A DNA stretch of 64,000 nt from Oscillospiraceae bacterium (GCA_902795045.1 CADBJU010000002.1:131115-195114); one strand, 5' to 3'; positions 8,127 through 17,548 are shown, numbered from the stretch's first letter. Program-made: numbers and translations. The notes: generated by a model from the letters alone, not told the origin.

Positions 8127-10280
8127 ATGAATCAGGAAATCAGCTCCACCCGGGAGCAGCAGAAACAGAGCCGAAAATACGTTGTCCTTCTTTGCATAGC
8201 GGGCCTGGCGATCAACGTCCTGCTTGCTCAGCTTGCAAAGGAACTGAAGCTGCCGCTGTATCTGGACAATATCGGCAGCGCGCTGGCGGCGGCTCTCGGG
8301 GGCTATCTGCCGGGCATCATCGTCGGCTTCTTTACAAACCTCGTCAACGGCATCGGCGACTATACAACCGCCTATTACGGCTGCCTGACCGTGCTGATCG
8401 CTATTGCCTCGGCCTGGTTTGCCGAAAAAGATTACTACAGCTTCCGCAAGCCCTGGCGGCTGCTCGTGATCATTGCGGTGTTCGCTTTTATCGGCGGCGG
8501 GCTGGGCTCTGTCCTGACCTGGGCGCTTTGTGGCTTTGAATTCGGCACCGGGCTTTCGTCACCGCTTGCGCAGCGCTTTTTCGACAGCGGTGTGCAGAAT
8601 CAATTCCTGGCTCAGTTCTCGGCGGACATCCTGGTCGACCTTGTGGACAAGAGCATCACCGTTGGGATCGTTGCGGTCGTCCTGCATATCATGCCCGATC
8701 CCCTCAAGAAAGCTTTCTACATGGCAGGCTGGCAGCAGCGGCCCATCTCCCGGGAAAAGCTCATGGCCGCAAGCCACAAAAAATCCCGCTCCATGTCCCT
8801 GCGCTCGAAGATCGTCGTGCTGGTGACCGCGGGCATGGTGATCACCGGCACGATCGTCACGATCATCAGTTTCGTCCATTTCCGTACCTCCGCCGTGGCC
8901 GAGCAGATGGAGCTTGCCCAGGGTGTGGCGAATGTCGCGTCGGACGCCATCGACGCAGACCGTGTGGAGGATTACATACGCCTCGGTGAGGCGGCCGAGG
9001 GCTACGCCCGTGTCAACAAGCGCTTCAACGATCTTGCAAACAGCACCGACAGCATCCAGTATGTCTACGCCTACAAGATCCTGGAAGATGGCTGCCAGGT
9101 GGTCTTTGATGCTGACACCCCCGATACCCCGGGCGGCAAGCCGGGCGATATGGTCGATTTTGATACGGACTTCAAGGATGTGCTGCCGGATCTTCAGGAA
9201 GGGAAAGAGGTGGACCCGATCATCGCCACCGGTCAGTTTGGCTGGCTTCTGACGGTGTATAAGCCGATATACGACAGTCAGGGCGTTTGCCAATGCTATG
9301 TGGGCGTGGATGTCAGCATGAACCACATCCTGCAAAACGGCTACGAATTTCTGGCGCGCGTGGTCTCCCTGTTCTTCAGCTTCTTCCTGCTGCTGCTGAC
9401 GGCTACGATCTGGTTTGCGGAATATAACATCATCCTGCCGATCAATGCCCTGGACAGCGCCACCGAAAACTCCGTATACACCAACGAAAGCGAACGCACA
9501 GAGACCGTCAGCCGCATCCATCACCTGGACATCCGCACCGGCGACGAGATCGAAAGCCTGTACCACTCCGTGACCCGGACCACTGAGGACATGGTGAACA
9601 CCATCGAAAACGTCGAGCGGCAGAGCGAGATCATCAACAAGCTGCAAAACGGCCTGATCCTGGTGCTGGCCGATATGGTGGAAAGCCGCGACAAATGTAC
9701 CGGCGACCACGTGCGAAAGACGGCGGCCTATACGGATATCATCATGCGCGAGCTGAGAAAAGAGGGCGTCTATACCGAACAGTTGACGGACGCCTTTATG
9801 AACGACGTGGTCAACTCCGCGCCGCTTCACGATATCGGCAAGATCCAGGTTTCCGACACGATCCTCAACAAACCCGGCAGGCTCACGGATGATGAGTTTG
9901 AGATCATGAAGACCCACACGACCGCCGGTGCCGAGGTCATCAAGCACGCCATCAACACGGTCTCCGAGGAAAACTCCGGCTACCTCAAGGAAGCGATGAA
10001 CCTTGCCCATTACCACCACGAGAAGTGGAACGGCACGGGCTATCCCTGCGGTCTGAAGGGCGAGGAAATCCCCCTGTCCGCCAGGATCATGGCGGTGGCC
10101 GATGTGTTCGACGCCCTTGTCTCCAAGCGCAGCTACAAGGAGGGCTTCCCGTTTGAAAAGGCCATGTCCATCATACAGGAGGGCTCCGGCTCCCACTTTG
10201 ACCCGAAGATCGCCCAGGCCTTCATCAACGCCTCCGACGAGGTGCGCCGGGTGATGAACACGAATATGTCCATCGAATAA
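8127..10280 (+). CDS. polytopic membrane sensor with extracytoplasmic Cache-like domain and HD-GYP c-di-GMP phosphodiesterase domain
   Basis: GGAGGG RBS before the ATG at 8127. Several N-terminal TM helices, an extracytoplasmic block (FGWLLTVYKPIYD, VGVDVSM), one further TM, then HD-GYP motifs HDIGK and HHEKWNGTGYP. Confidence 0.9.
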   Translation: MNQEISSTREQQKQSRKYVVLLCIAGLAINVLLAQLAKELKLPLYLDNIGSALAAALGGYLPGIIVGFFTNLVNGIGDYTTAYYGCLTVLIAIASAWFAEKDYYSFRKPWRLLVIIAVFAFIGGGLGSVLTWALCGFEFGTGLSSPLAQRFFDSGVQNQFLAQFSADILVDLVDKSITVGIVAVVLHIMPDPLKKAFYMAGWQQRPISREKLMAASHKKSRSMSLRSKIVVLVTAGMVITGTIVTIISFVHFRTSAVAEQMELAQGVANVASDAIDADRVEDYIRLGEAAEGYARVNKRFNDLANSTDSIQYVYAYKILEDGCQVVFDADTPDTPGGKPGDMVDFDTDFKDVLPDLQEGKEVDPIIATGQFGWLLTVYKPIYDSQGVCQCYVGVDVSMNHILQNGYEFLARVVSLFFSFFLLLLTATIWFAEYNIILPINALDSATENSVYTNESERTETVSRIHHLDIRTGDEIESLYHSVTRTTEDMVNTIENVERQSEIINKLQNGLILVLADMVESRDKCTGDHVRKTAAYTDIIMRELRKEGVYTEQLTDAFMNDVVNSAPLHDIGKIQVSDTILNKPGRLTDDEFEIMKTHTTAGAEVIKHAINTVSEENSGYLKEAMNLAHYHHEKWNGTGYPCGLKGEEIPLSARIMAVADVFDALVSKRSYKEGFPFEKAMSIIQEGSGSHFDPKIAQAFINASDEVRRVMNTNMSIE

Positions 10281-10292
10281 GCAACAAGAATG

Positions 10293-10337
10293 AAAAACCT
10301 GCGGATTTGCCGTTGCCGGCAGATCCGCAGGTTTTTC
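10293..10337. terminator. bidirectional terminator between HD-GYP gene and glgB
   Basis: Long hairpin aacctgcggat...atccgcaggtt with an inner gccg/cggc stem, flanked by A5 and T5. Confidence 0.75.
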
Positions 10338-10383
10338 ATGTAGTTTAACGAAACTCAGAGATGATCGACAGAAACACCGATTT

Positions 10384-12459
10384 TTACTTTTTCAGAAGCT
10401 TCAGGACCTCTTCCACGCTCTTGCCGCTTTCCTCGATGGCCTTCAGGATCGCTTTCTGCTCGTCCGTCAGCTGCTTTGCGGCCTTCGAGGACTTCTTTGC
10501 GGGGGTGGCTTCCTTGGCAGCCTTCTTTCTCGGGGCGGCCTTCTTCTGCGCATCCGCATAGTTGAAGGTGAACGCGGAGACCGAGAAGGGCGGCACGTCA
10601 AACTCGATGGAGTACTCCTTGCCGTCCCAGGGGATGGGATCGGCCTTGACGACCTGAGAGGGGAAATTCCCGGTGCCGCCGAAGACGGCCTCGTCGCTGT
10701 TGAGCACCTGGTGATAGGTCCCCTTGCACAGGGCGCCGATGCGGTGCTTGGGATAGGCCACGGGCGAGAAGTTGAAGTGGAAGAGCAGGCACTCTTTTTT
10801 ATCGGTGCTCATGCGGCAGAAGCTGAGCATGTTGTGGGTGGCGTCGGCGCCGTTGATCCATTCGAAGCCGCAGGGCTCGCAGTCGTTCTCAAACAGGGCG
10901 GGGTAATTGCGGTACATGGCCAGCAGCGCGCGCATGTAGTTGTTGAGCGCCCGGTGCTTCGGCTCCTGGTCCAGCAGGTACCAGTCAAGGCTGCGCTCCT
11001 CGCTCCACTCGCGCTCCTGGGCAAAGTCCTGGCCCATGAAGAGGAGCTTCTTGCCGGGGTGGGCCATCATGAGGCCGTAAGCCAGGCGGAGGTTGCCGAA
11101 CTTGTCGTCCATGCTGCCGGGCATCTTGTTGATCATGGAGCCTTTCATGTGCACGACTTCGTCATGGGAAAACGGGAGCACGTAGTTTTCGCTGAAGGCA
11201 TAGGTGAAGCTGAACGTGACATTGTTGTGCACAAACTGGCGCATGAAAGGATCGGCCTTTAAATACTCCAGCACGTCGTGCATCCAGCCCATGTTCCACT
11301 TGAAGGTGAAGCCGAGGCCGCCGTCCTCCGGGGGTCTCGAGACCAGCGGGAAGGCGGTGGATTCCTCTGCGATCATCATGGAGCCGGGCACGCGCTGGCC
11401 GATGATGGAGTTGAGGTGCTTCAAAAACTCGATGGCGTCGTAGTTGATGTTGCCGCCGTCGGCGTTCGGGACCCACTGGCCGTCCTTCTTGCCGTAGTCG
11501 AGGTACAGCATGGAGGCCACGGCGTCCACGCGCAGGCCGTCGACGTGGAATTTCTCAAGCCAGAACAGGGCGTTTGCGATCAGGAAGTTCTTGACCTGCG
11601 GGCGCTGGTAATTGAAGATATAGGTGCCCCAGTCGGGGTGCTCGCCGAGTCTGGGATCGGGGTGCTCATACTCCGCCACGCCGTCAAAGCGGGCAAGGCC
11701 GTAGGCGTCGCGCGGGAAGTGGGCCGGGACCCAGTCCAGGATCACGCCGATACCCTCCCTGTGCAGGTAGTCCACGAGGTACATGAAGTCCTCGGCGCTG
11801 CCGTAGCGCGCGGTCGGAGCGTAGTAGTTGGTGACCTGATAGCCCCAGGAGCCGTCAAAGGGGTGCTCGGCGATGCCGATGAACTCCACATGGGTGTAGC
11901 CCATATAGTTTACGTACTCGGCAAGCTCCGGCGCGAGGTCCCGGTAGCGGCGGAAGCCGTAGTTTGCACCGCTCTCGTCCTTCTTCCAGGAGCCGAGATG
12001 AACCTCATAGATGGACATGGGGCGCTTTCTCACGTCCTGCATCTTGCGCGCGGCCATCCAGGCGTCGTCCTGCCAGCTGTAAGAGGAGAGATCGGCTACG
12101 ACGGAGGCGTTGTCCGGGCGCAGCTGGGACTGGTTGCCGTAGGGATCCGCCTTGAATAGGATGTCGCCGGTCTTCGTTTCGACGGCGAACTTATACAGCG
12201 CGTGCGCGCCGAGACCCGGGATAAAGAGATCATAGATGCCGGACTCCGCGATGGGCTCCATTCGGCTCTGTCCGGGCGCCCAGCCGTTAAAATCCCCGAC
12301 GACGCTGACCGAGCGCGCGTTCGGCGCCCAGACGGCGAAGTACACGCCGCTCTGCCCGTTTTCCTCAGCCGGGTGCGCCCCGAGCTTTTCATAGATGGTA
12401 TAGTGCGTCCCTCTGCCGAAGAGGTAGGTGTCCAGTTCGGTAATGCGATGCTGCTCCAT
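10384..12459 (-). CDS. glgB: 1,4-alpha-glucan branching enzyme with Lys/Ala-rich C-terminal extension
   Basis: GH13 branching-enzyme motifs (DWVPAHF, GLRVDAVASMLY, MIAEEST, FSHDEVVH). Start placed at the second ATG (12459) because GGAGGGG lies 8 nt upstream; the first ATG is 12474. Confidence 0.95.
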   Translation of the reverse strand: MEQHRITELDTYLFGRGTHYTIYEKLGAHPAEENGQSGVYFAVWAPNARSVSVVGDFNGWAPGQSRMEPIAESGIYDLFIPGLGAHALYKFAVETKTGDILFKADPYGNQSQLRPDNASVVADLSSYSWQDDAWMAARKMQDVRKRPMSIYEVHLGSWKKDESGANYGFRRYRDLAPELAEYVNYMGYTHVEFIGIAEHPFDGSWGYQVTNYYAPTARYGSAEDFMYLVDYLHREGIGVILDWVPAHFPRDAYGLARFDGVAEYEHPDPRLGEHPDWGTYIFNYQRPQVKNFLIANALFWLEKFHVDGLRVDAVASMLYLDYGKKDGQWVPNADGGNINYDAIEFLKHLNSIIGQRVPGSMMIAEESTAFPLVSRPPEDGGLGFTFKWNMGWMHDVLEYLKADPFMRQFVHNNVTFSFTYAFSENYVLPFSHDEVVHMKGSMINKMPGSMDDKFGNLRLAYGLMMAHPGKKLLFMGQDFAQEREWSEERSLDWYLLDQEPKHRALNNYMRALLAMYRNYPALFENDCEPCGFEWINGADATHNMLSFCRMSTDKKECLLFHFNFSPVAYPKHRIGALCKGTYHQVLNSDEAVFGGTGNFPSQVVKADPIPWDGKEYSIEFDVPPFSVSAFTFNYADAQKKAAPRKKAAKEATPAKKSSKAAKQLTDEQKAILKAIEESGKSVEEVLKLLKK

Positions 12460-12554
12460 GGTGTTCCCCTCCATTTTTTATATAACCGTAACATACAGGA
12501 TGTATGAAATGCTCTTGTTCCGTGCCGAAGCCGATGTCTTTGTTTATCACTCTG

Positions 12555-12583
12555 ATTATACACGAGCATCCCTCGTCCTGCAA
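12555..12583 (-). promoter_or_regulatory. sigma-A type promoter for glgB
   Basis: Minus strand TTGCAG, 17 nt, TATAAT; about 95-nt leader. Confidence 0.5.
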
Positions 12584-12615
12584 GTGAAATAGTGAGATAG
12601 TTTCCCGACCTGTAT

Positions 12616-12650
12616 AAAAATCGGGAGATGCCGGAATATCGGCACCTCCC
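12616..12650 (-). terminator. rho-independent terminator after the S66 peptidase gene
   Basis: Minus strand gggaggtgccg-atattc-cggcatctccc followed by a U-run (plus-strand A5 at 12616-12620). Confidence 0.65.
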
Positions 12651-12665
12651 TTTTTGTATATGTTT

Positions 12666-14030
12666 TTACGACTGCGATTGGCAAACCCAGGACAGCGTAT
12701 AGCTGTCCGAGTTTACCTCGAGCTTTGTCTCCGCGCCCATCAGCAGCGGGTAGTTGACATCTCCGTGTCCTGCGGGGAAACCGAAGGCGACCGGCACCTT
12801 AAAATGTTTCAGAAGCTGTCTTGTGATCATTTCCGCCACAGACTGGAACAGGCCGCCCCTGGCCTCGCCGTAGTTGCCCTCGCCGTCGGCGGGGAGCTCC
12901 GTCCACTGTCCGAAGACGATGCCGGCGGCGTTATCCAGGATGTCCCTGTGCTTGAGGATCGTGAGATAGCGGTGGATGTGCTGCATGTTCTCGCCCACCT
13001 CTTCAAGGAACAGGATATAGGGCTTATCAAGTTTCGTGCTGTCATAGGCGGTGTCCAGAGTCGCGGTGAAGGTGGAGAGGTTGCCGCCGATCAGGATGCC
13101 CTCCGCCGTGCCCTCGCGGCACAGGGAGTTGGTCTGGCACTCATAGGTGGGGATCTCGCCTGCCATGATATGCTGCTCTGCCTCAATGCAAGCCTCCGGG
13201 AGGCCATCAAAGGCAGCGCTCATGCAGGCGTGGATCGAGGGAAGCCCGGCGGTGGTCCAGGCCGCGTGATAGGCCGTGATATCACTGTAGCCGATAATGG
13301 GCTTGCCCGCGGAGGCTATCAGATCCCCGGCGGCATCAATGACCTCGGTCGCGCCGTAGCCGCCGCGTACGCAGAAGATAGCCTTGATCTCCGGGTCCTC
13401 GATCGCCCAGCGCAGATCCTCCATGCACTCCTCAAGCGTGCGTACCTGGGCATAGACATGCTTGCCCTCCACAGGCTCAAAGCCCCAGCTTCGAAGGCCC
13501 GCGACCGTTGCCGCTGTCTGCTCCTCGCCGGGCAGGGCGGAGGGAGAAATGACCGCGATCTTGTCCCCGGGAGAGAGGAAGTAGCCTTCGGGCATGCCCT
13601 CGTATTTCGTATAGCCGGTGATCCGGATGCCGGTGTCGGTGCCTTCGTTGAGGTACGAAAGTGTAGTGCCGTCCGCGGAAAAAACAGGCTCCATGACAGG
13701 GGCGGGCGCGGGGCTGCTTTCGGGCTCCGGCTCCGGATAAACCTGCACGAAGCCGAGCTCCGCGGGGTCTGTATCGCTCTCGCTGTCGCCGTCGAAATCC
13801 TCACCGGTGCTGATCTGCAGCTCGTCATTTTCTATGACATACTGCTTATAGCTGCCGTCGGCATACAGGTACAGGACCGTGGAGGAGGGTTCCCCGCTCC
13901 CCTCTTCGGTATCGGCCACGTCATAGGGCGCGACATATACGGCGCTCGGCGCCTCAGCCGTGACAGACGGGATCAGTGTGAAGAAGAGGGCGCACACGAG
14001 GAAAATGCTGAATAGTTTTTTCATGCTCAT
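12666..14030 (-). CDS. exported S66-family LD-carboxypeptidase/MccF-like serine peptidase
   Basis: GGAGG RBS 9 nt before the ATG at 14030. Signal peptide MSMKKLFSIFLVCALFFTLIPSVTA-EA, an acidic about 150 aa linker region, then S66 motifs (IIGYSDITAYH nucleophile Ser, FGFPAGHG His). Confidence 0.85.
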   Translation of the reverse strand: MSMKKLFSIFLVCALFFTLIPSVTAEAPSAVYVAPYDVADTEEGSGEPSSTVLYLYADGSYKQYVIENDELQISTGEDFDGDSESDTDPAELGFVQVYPEPEPESSPAPAPVMEPVFSADGTTLSYLNEGTDTGIRITGYTKYEGMPEGYFLSPGDKIAVISPSALPGEEQTAATVAGLRSWGFEPVEGKHVYAQVRTLEECMEDLRWAIEDPEIKAIFCVRGGYGATEVIDAAGDLIASAGKPIIGYSDITAYHAAWTTAGLPSIHACMSAAFDGLPEACIEAEQHIMAGEIPTYECQTNSLCREGTAEGILIGGNLSTFTATLDTAYDSTKLDKPYILFLEEVGENMQHIHRYLTILKHRDILDNAAGIVFGQWTELPADGEGNYGEARGGLFQSVAEMITRQLLKHFKVPVAFGFPAGHGDVNYPLLMGAETKLEVNSDSYTLSWVCQSQS

Positions 14031-14064
14031 TGTTCGGTTCCTCCGTTTCCCTGCTATTGCCTCC

Positions 14065-14093
14065 ATCATAAAGAGAAAACGCTGCCGCGTCAA
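14065..14093 (-). promoter_or_regulatory. sigma-A type promoter for the S66 peptidase gene
   Basis: Minus strand TTGACG, 17 nt, TATGAT. Confidence 0.5.
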
Positions 14094-14129
14094 GTGGAAA
14101 CTGTCGTAAACATCACCTGCTTGCGCGAA

Positions 14130-14160
14130 AGCCGGCACACCCCGGGGGGTGCACCGGCTC
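14130..14160 (-). terminator. candidate terminator after the GNAT gene
   Basis: On the minus-strand RNA agccggugcacc/ggugugccggcu pairs fully with two G-U wobbles; weak U-tract. Confidence 0.45.
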
Positions 14161-14177
14161 CCGCGTTTACAACGCGA

Positions 14178-14804
14178 TCAGAAAATCTGGCCGGGCAGTC
14201 TCAGCTTTTCCTTTTCGGGGAAAGCTTTGTCAAATTCCTCGACGTCCTTATCCTCGACATAGTAGCCCTGCGGCGTCCGGTATACACCGGTGATGCCGCG
14301 GAGAGCGCCGGGGATCAGCTCCCTGCAGAGGAAGAACGAATCGTCCGCCCCTTCCGGGAGATCGTGATAGCGGATGCCGAAGTTTCCGGCATAGTCAAAG
14401 CCGCTTTTGCCGTAGAAGGCGATGTTGCCCTCGAACAGTACCGCGCGAAAGCCCATGGCCGCGGCCCTTTCCAGGGAGTAGTCCAGCAGCTTTTTCCCAT
14501 AGCCCTTTCGCTTGAGCTCCGGGATGATGCAGATCGGCCCCATGGTCAGGACCGGGACAGTGCGGCCGTCGTCCGCGTCGATGACGGTGTGCATGAACAT
14601 GTTCTGTCCGATCAGCCTGCCGTCCTTTTCCATGACGAAGTCCAGCTCCGTGATAAAGGCCGGGTCATGGCGCAGCACATGCATCACGTAGTGCTCGCTG
14701 CAGCCCGGGCGGTACACGTTCCAGAACGCTTCCCGGATCAGGTTTTCGACCTCTGCCTCGTCTTCCTTCTTTTCCAAACGGATCGTATAGTCATTTTTAT
14801 TCAT
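14178..14804 (-). CDS. GNAT-family N-acetyltransferase (YhbS-like)
   Basis: Acetyl-CoA-binding motif region IIPELKRKGYGKKLLDYSLERA (Q/RxxGxG/A pattern); length and layout as in YhbS-type GNATs. Confidence 0.85.
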   Translation of the reverse strand: MNKNDYTIRLEKKEDEAEVENLIREAFWNVYRPGCSEHYVMHVLRHDPAFITELDFVMEKDGRLIGQNMFMHTVIDADDGRTVPVLTMGPICIIPELKRKGYGKKLLDYSLERAAAMGFRAVLFEGNIAFYGKSGFDYAGNFGIRYHDLPEGADDSFFLCRELIPGALRGITGVYRTPQGYYVEDKDVEEFDKAFPEKEKLRLPGQIF

Positions 14805-14985
14805 TGTTTAACCTCCTGAAAATTGTTGACAGCAATTGCTTTTCAGCGGGAGGCTTGTCCGACTGCGGCAAACCTCCCGGTCAGCGCACAGTCTCCAAAG
14901 TGTTGTTCGTTTTCAAACAGCAAACTCCTAAAAAATATTTATAATCAGGCCAGAGAGGCCGGATTACCCGATATGTGCCCCAGCC

Positions 14986-16353
14986 TCATTTTCTCTTGAG
15001 CGCCGGGTTTCTTTCATAAAAGGCCTGCTTGTCGGCGTACATCCGCTCATCCGCGATGCGAAACGCCGTTTTGATATCCGTCGTGCCGTCCGACCAGTAC
15101 TCCCCGATGGCAAAGCTGACGTCGGTGTTTTTCATCACATCGCCGCGCAGGCGGTCCAGCTTTTTATAAAAGGTGTCCAGGCTGATCGAGTCGGTGATGA
15201 CGATGAATTCGTCTCCGCCGGTGCGAAACAGATCCTCCTGATAGAATACCTTCCGCAGGATCTCCCCCGCCTGTATGAGCAGTCTGTCCCCTGCCTCATG
15301 GCCATCCCGGTCGTTGACGGTCTTGAGACCGTTGAGGTCGATGTTGACGATGCCGAAGGGGGTATTCTCCCGACGGGAAACCAGCTCCATGCGCTTTTTC
15401 ATCGCGCGCCGGTTGCCGAGTCCCGTCAGCGTGTCCACCTGGCTGAGCGTCTCCAGTTTCTGCAAAAGCAGGTGGTTATAGATCTCCGCGCCCAACACCA
15501 GGGACATGAGTTCCATCAGTTCCTTGACCTCGACGACCTTGGCGGTGTCGAAGTTGAGAGTATATAGATAGCCGATCACGTCCTTCCCGCGCCGAAGCGG
15601 GATCAGCACCAGGCTTTCCACCCGGTTCATGCGAAGGGATCGAGCCCAGGCGGGGTTTTCCCGTTCGATCTGGGCAAAGTCCTGTTCGCCCTGTATAATG
15701 ACGGCATTGCTCACGCCGAGCATCCGCTCCCAGGAATCCAGGACCTCATAGGATATCGTCTCAACGCCGTTTTCGAATACCGGCTTTGCGTCCCCGGAGA
15801 GCACGCGGCAGAAGTCGACCGCCTTCTTGTCCTCGCGGTCAATGAGCAGGATCTGGGCGGCCTTCGCGTCCGCCTCCTCCAGGATGACCCGGAGCACCTC
15901 GCGCACGTTTGTCTGGAAATCCGCGGGATGGAGCAGCATCAGGCTTGCCCGGATGACCGCGTTTGCGGTGCCGACGGATACGGCGGACATGCGTTCGGCC
16001 TCCGAGTGCTTTGTAAACTCAAAGATAAACTGGCAGCAGCCCCTGTCCTCCCGGTCAGATTCCAGCGGGATCAGGGTCTGGTCCGTCCAGGTGTCCAGCG
16101 CCCGGGTCTCCACATAAGCATGCATGCGCTGCTTCAAAATCGCCGCGCGGAAGCAGTAGTCCTCAAATTTATTATCCTGCGGCACAAGCTCGCTGTAGAG
16201 CATGCCGTCATAATACCCGGGGCCCATGACGGCTTTGTAGACAGCGTTTGCCGCAATGATGCGGATATCACCATAGCCGCCGTCTCCGGCCTTGTCCACG
16301 GAGATCACGCAGCACGGCATGGCAACCTGATCGACGAATTTCTGATAATCCAT
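14986..16353 (-). CDS. PAS-like/GAF/GGDEF diguanylate cyclase
   Basis: Canonical DTLTGLGNRRA and RTGGDEFIVIT motifs. A preceding GAF-like block (SLVLIPLRRGKDVIGYLY). Confidence 0.9.
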   Translation of the reverse strand: MDYQKFVDQVAMPCCVISVDKAGDGGYGDIRIIAANAVYKAVMGPGYYDGMLYSELVPQDNKFEDYCFRAAILKQRMHAYVETRALDTWTDQTLIPLESDREDRGCCQFIFEFTKHSEAERMSAVSVGTANAVIRASLMLLHPADFQTNVREVLRVILEEADAKAAQILLIDREDKKAVDFCRVLSGDAKPVFENGVETISYEVLDSWERMLGVSNAVIIQGEQDFAQIERENPAWARSLRMNRVESLVLIPLRRGKDVIGYLYTLNFDTAKVVEVKELMELMSLVLGAEIYNHLLLQKLETLSQVDTLTGLGNRRAMKKRMELVSRRENTPFGIVNIDLNGLKTVNDRDGHEAGDRLLIQAGEILRKVFYQEDLFRTGGDEFIVITDSISLDTFYKKLDRLRGDVMKNTDVSFAIGEYWSDGTTDIKTAFRIADERMYADKQAFYERNPALKRK

Positions 16354-16537
16354 ATCTCGCTCGCCTTTCCCGTAAACGGAGTCCCCGCCGTTTTTTATCT
16401 CTGTTCTATACTATAGCACATTCTGGTTCATATTTCCATCCTGAATATGATTATTTGCATGTATCGAGTTCAAACAGTAGCATTCTTCCATTTTCTGATG
16501 TATAATAACAAAAGACTTTTATCAAGAGGTAAACAAC

Positions 16538-17503
16538 ATGAAGACGAGACAGATCCTGATCCTCATTCTCGCGCTGGCCCTGGTTTTCCTGACAGCCTGC
16601 AGACGGAGCAGCAAGACCCCCGAGGTCGTTACGCTCACACCGGCGGCGACAGTTCCCCCGGTCCAGACCGCGGCACCGACTCAAATTCCGGCCCCGACCT
16701 TTGCGCCGACCCCGGTGCCGACGCTGATGCCCACCATAGCGCCGACGCCCGTTCCTACCCTTGCGCCGACGCCCTTCCCCACGCCGTATTTTACACCCGC
16801 GCCCACGCCGTATAATCCGCCGGTGCAGTCCAATCTCCCCCGCATCACCAAGGACCCGACGGACGAGACCGTGACGGCAGGCGGCAAGTGCCAGTTCGTC
16901 ACGCGCTATGAAAACGCCGAGCTTGCCGAGTGGCACTTTTTAAGCCCCAACGGCGCGCTGGATGTGACCTACAAGGACGTGCAGAACCAGTACCCCGCGC
17001 TGCGCATCATCGGCGGCAACACCAAGGACATGACCCTTGAGAACATCCCCGCGGAGCTCAACGGCTGCCGGGTCTACTGCCGCTTCAGCAACTACGCGGG
17101 CGCCGTCAATACCAATTCCGCCCTCATCACCGTGAGGAACATCCCCGGTCGGCCGACCGCCGCTCCGGCGCGTCAGGGCTTTGAGGGCCGCTGGGTGGAG
17201 CCGATCGCGGGCCGCTGTCAGGTCACGATCACCTACCGGGCCGAAGGGAGCATGAATGTGGACATCCAGTGGTCCGGCTCCGCATGGCAGCTTGCCCGCT
17301 GGCAGATGACCGCGAACGTGTACCGGGATGACATTCTTACCTACAGCGACGGCCATTACTGGGTCGAGACCTACAGCGACGACACGAGCTACGCGGTCAC
17401 GGAGGAATCCTTCGGCGGCACCGGCAGCTTCTACTTTCAAAACGGCCAGCTCCACTGGCACGACGATCTAACGGGCCAGGACACCGCGCTGATCCCCGCA
17501 TAA
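16538..17503 (+). CDS. lipoprotein with Pro/Thr-rich linker and Ig-like plus beta-rich domains (function unknown)
   Basis: Signal peptide with lipobox LTAC, then about 70 aa of (A/V)PTP repeats, then an Ig-like block (ITKDPTDETVTAGGKCQF...RVYCRFSN). Confidence 0.7.
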   Translation: MKTRQILILILALALVFLTACRRSSKTPEVVTLTPAATVPPVQTAAPTQIPAPTFAPTPVPTLMPTIAPTPVPTLAPTPFPTPYFTPAPTPYNPPVQSNLPRITKDPTDETVTAGGKCQFVTRYENAELAEWHFLSPNGALDVTYKDVQNQYPALRIIGGNTKDMTLENIPAELNGCRVYCRFSNYAGAVNTNSALITVRNIPGRPTAAPARQGFEGRWVEPIAGRCQVTITYRAEGSMNVDIQWSGSAWQLARWQMTANVYRDDILTYSDGHYWVETYSDDTSYAVTEESFGGTGSFYFQNGQLHWHDDLTGQDTALIPA

Positions 17504-17509
17504 GGCAAA

Positions 17510-17548
17510 CAGCCGCCCTCCAGTCGGAGGGCGGCTGCTGTTTCATTT
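17510..17548. terminator. terminator between convergent lipoprotein and C11 peptidase genes
   Basis: cagccgccctcc-agtc-ggagggcggctg hairpin followed by a T-rich tract. Confidence 0.7.

Noticed and set aside
10384-12474. First ATG (12474) as the glgB start
   Set aside because: The GGAGGGG Shine-Dalgarno overlaps that ATG and is correctly spaced for the ATG at 12459. The difference is only 5 codons and remains uncertain.
12654-14015. 453-aa plus-strand ORF covering the S66 peptidase locus
   Set aside because: It is antisense to a gene with clear S66 motifs, a signal peptide, RBS, promoter and terminator. The translation is Arg/Gly/Ala/Asp-rich low-information sequence typical of the reverse strand of GC-rich genes, and there is no RBS.
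12666-14804. GNAT + S66 peptidase adjacency as a MccE/MccF-like microcin C immunity pair
   Set aside because: The two genes have separate promoter/terminator signals. The GNAT is YhbS-like rather than the RimL-like MccE C-terminal domain. The S66 enzyme is exported, whereas MccF acts in the cytoplasm. No mcc-like biosynthetic genes are nearby.
16640-16810. Reiterated gcgccgac(c/g)cc units in the lipoprotein gene as a possible CRISPR-like or tandem-repeat array
   Set aside because: They lie in frame inside a coding Pro/Thr-rich linker (APTPVPTL repeats), are irregular in spacing, and no cas genes are present.
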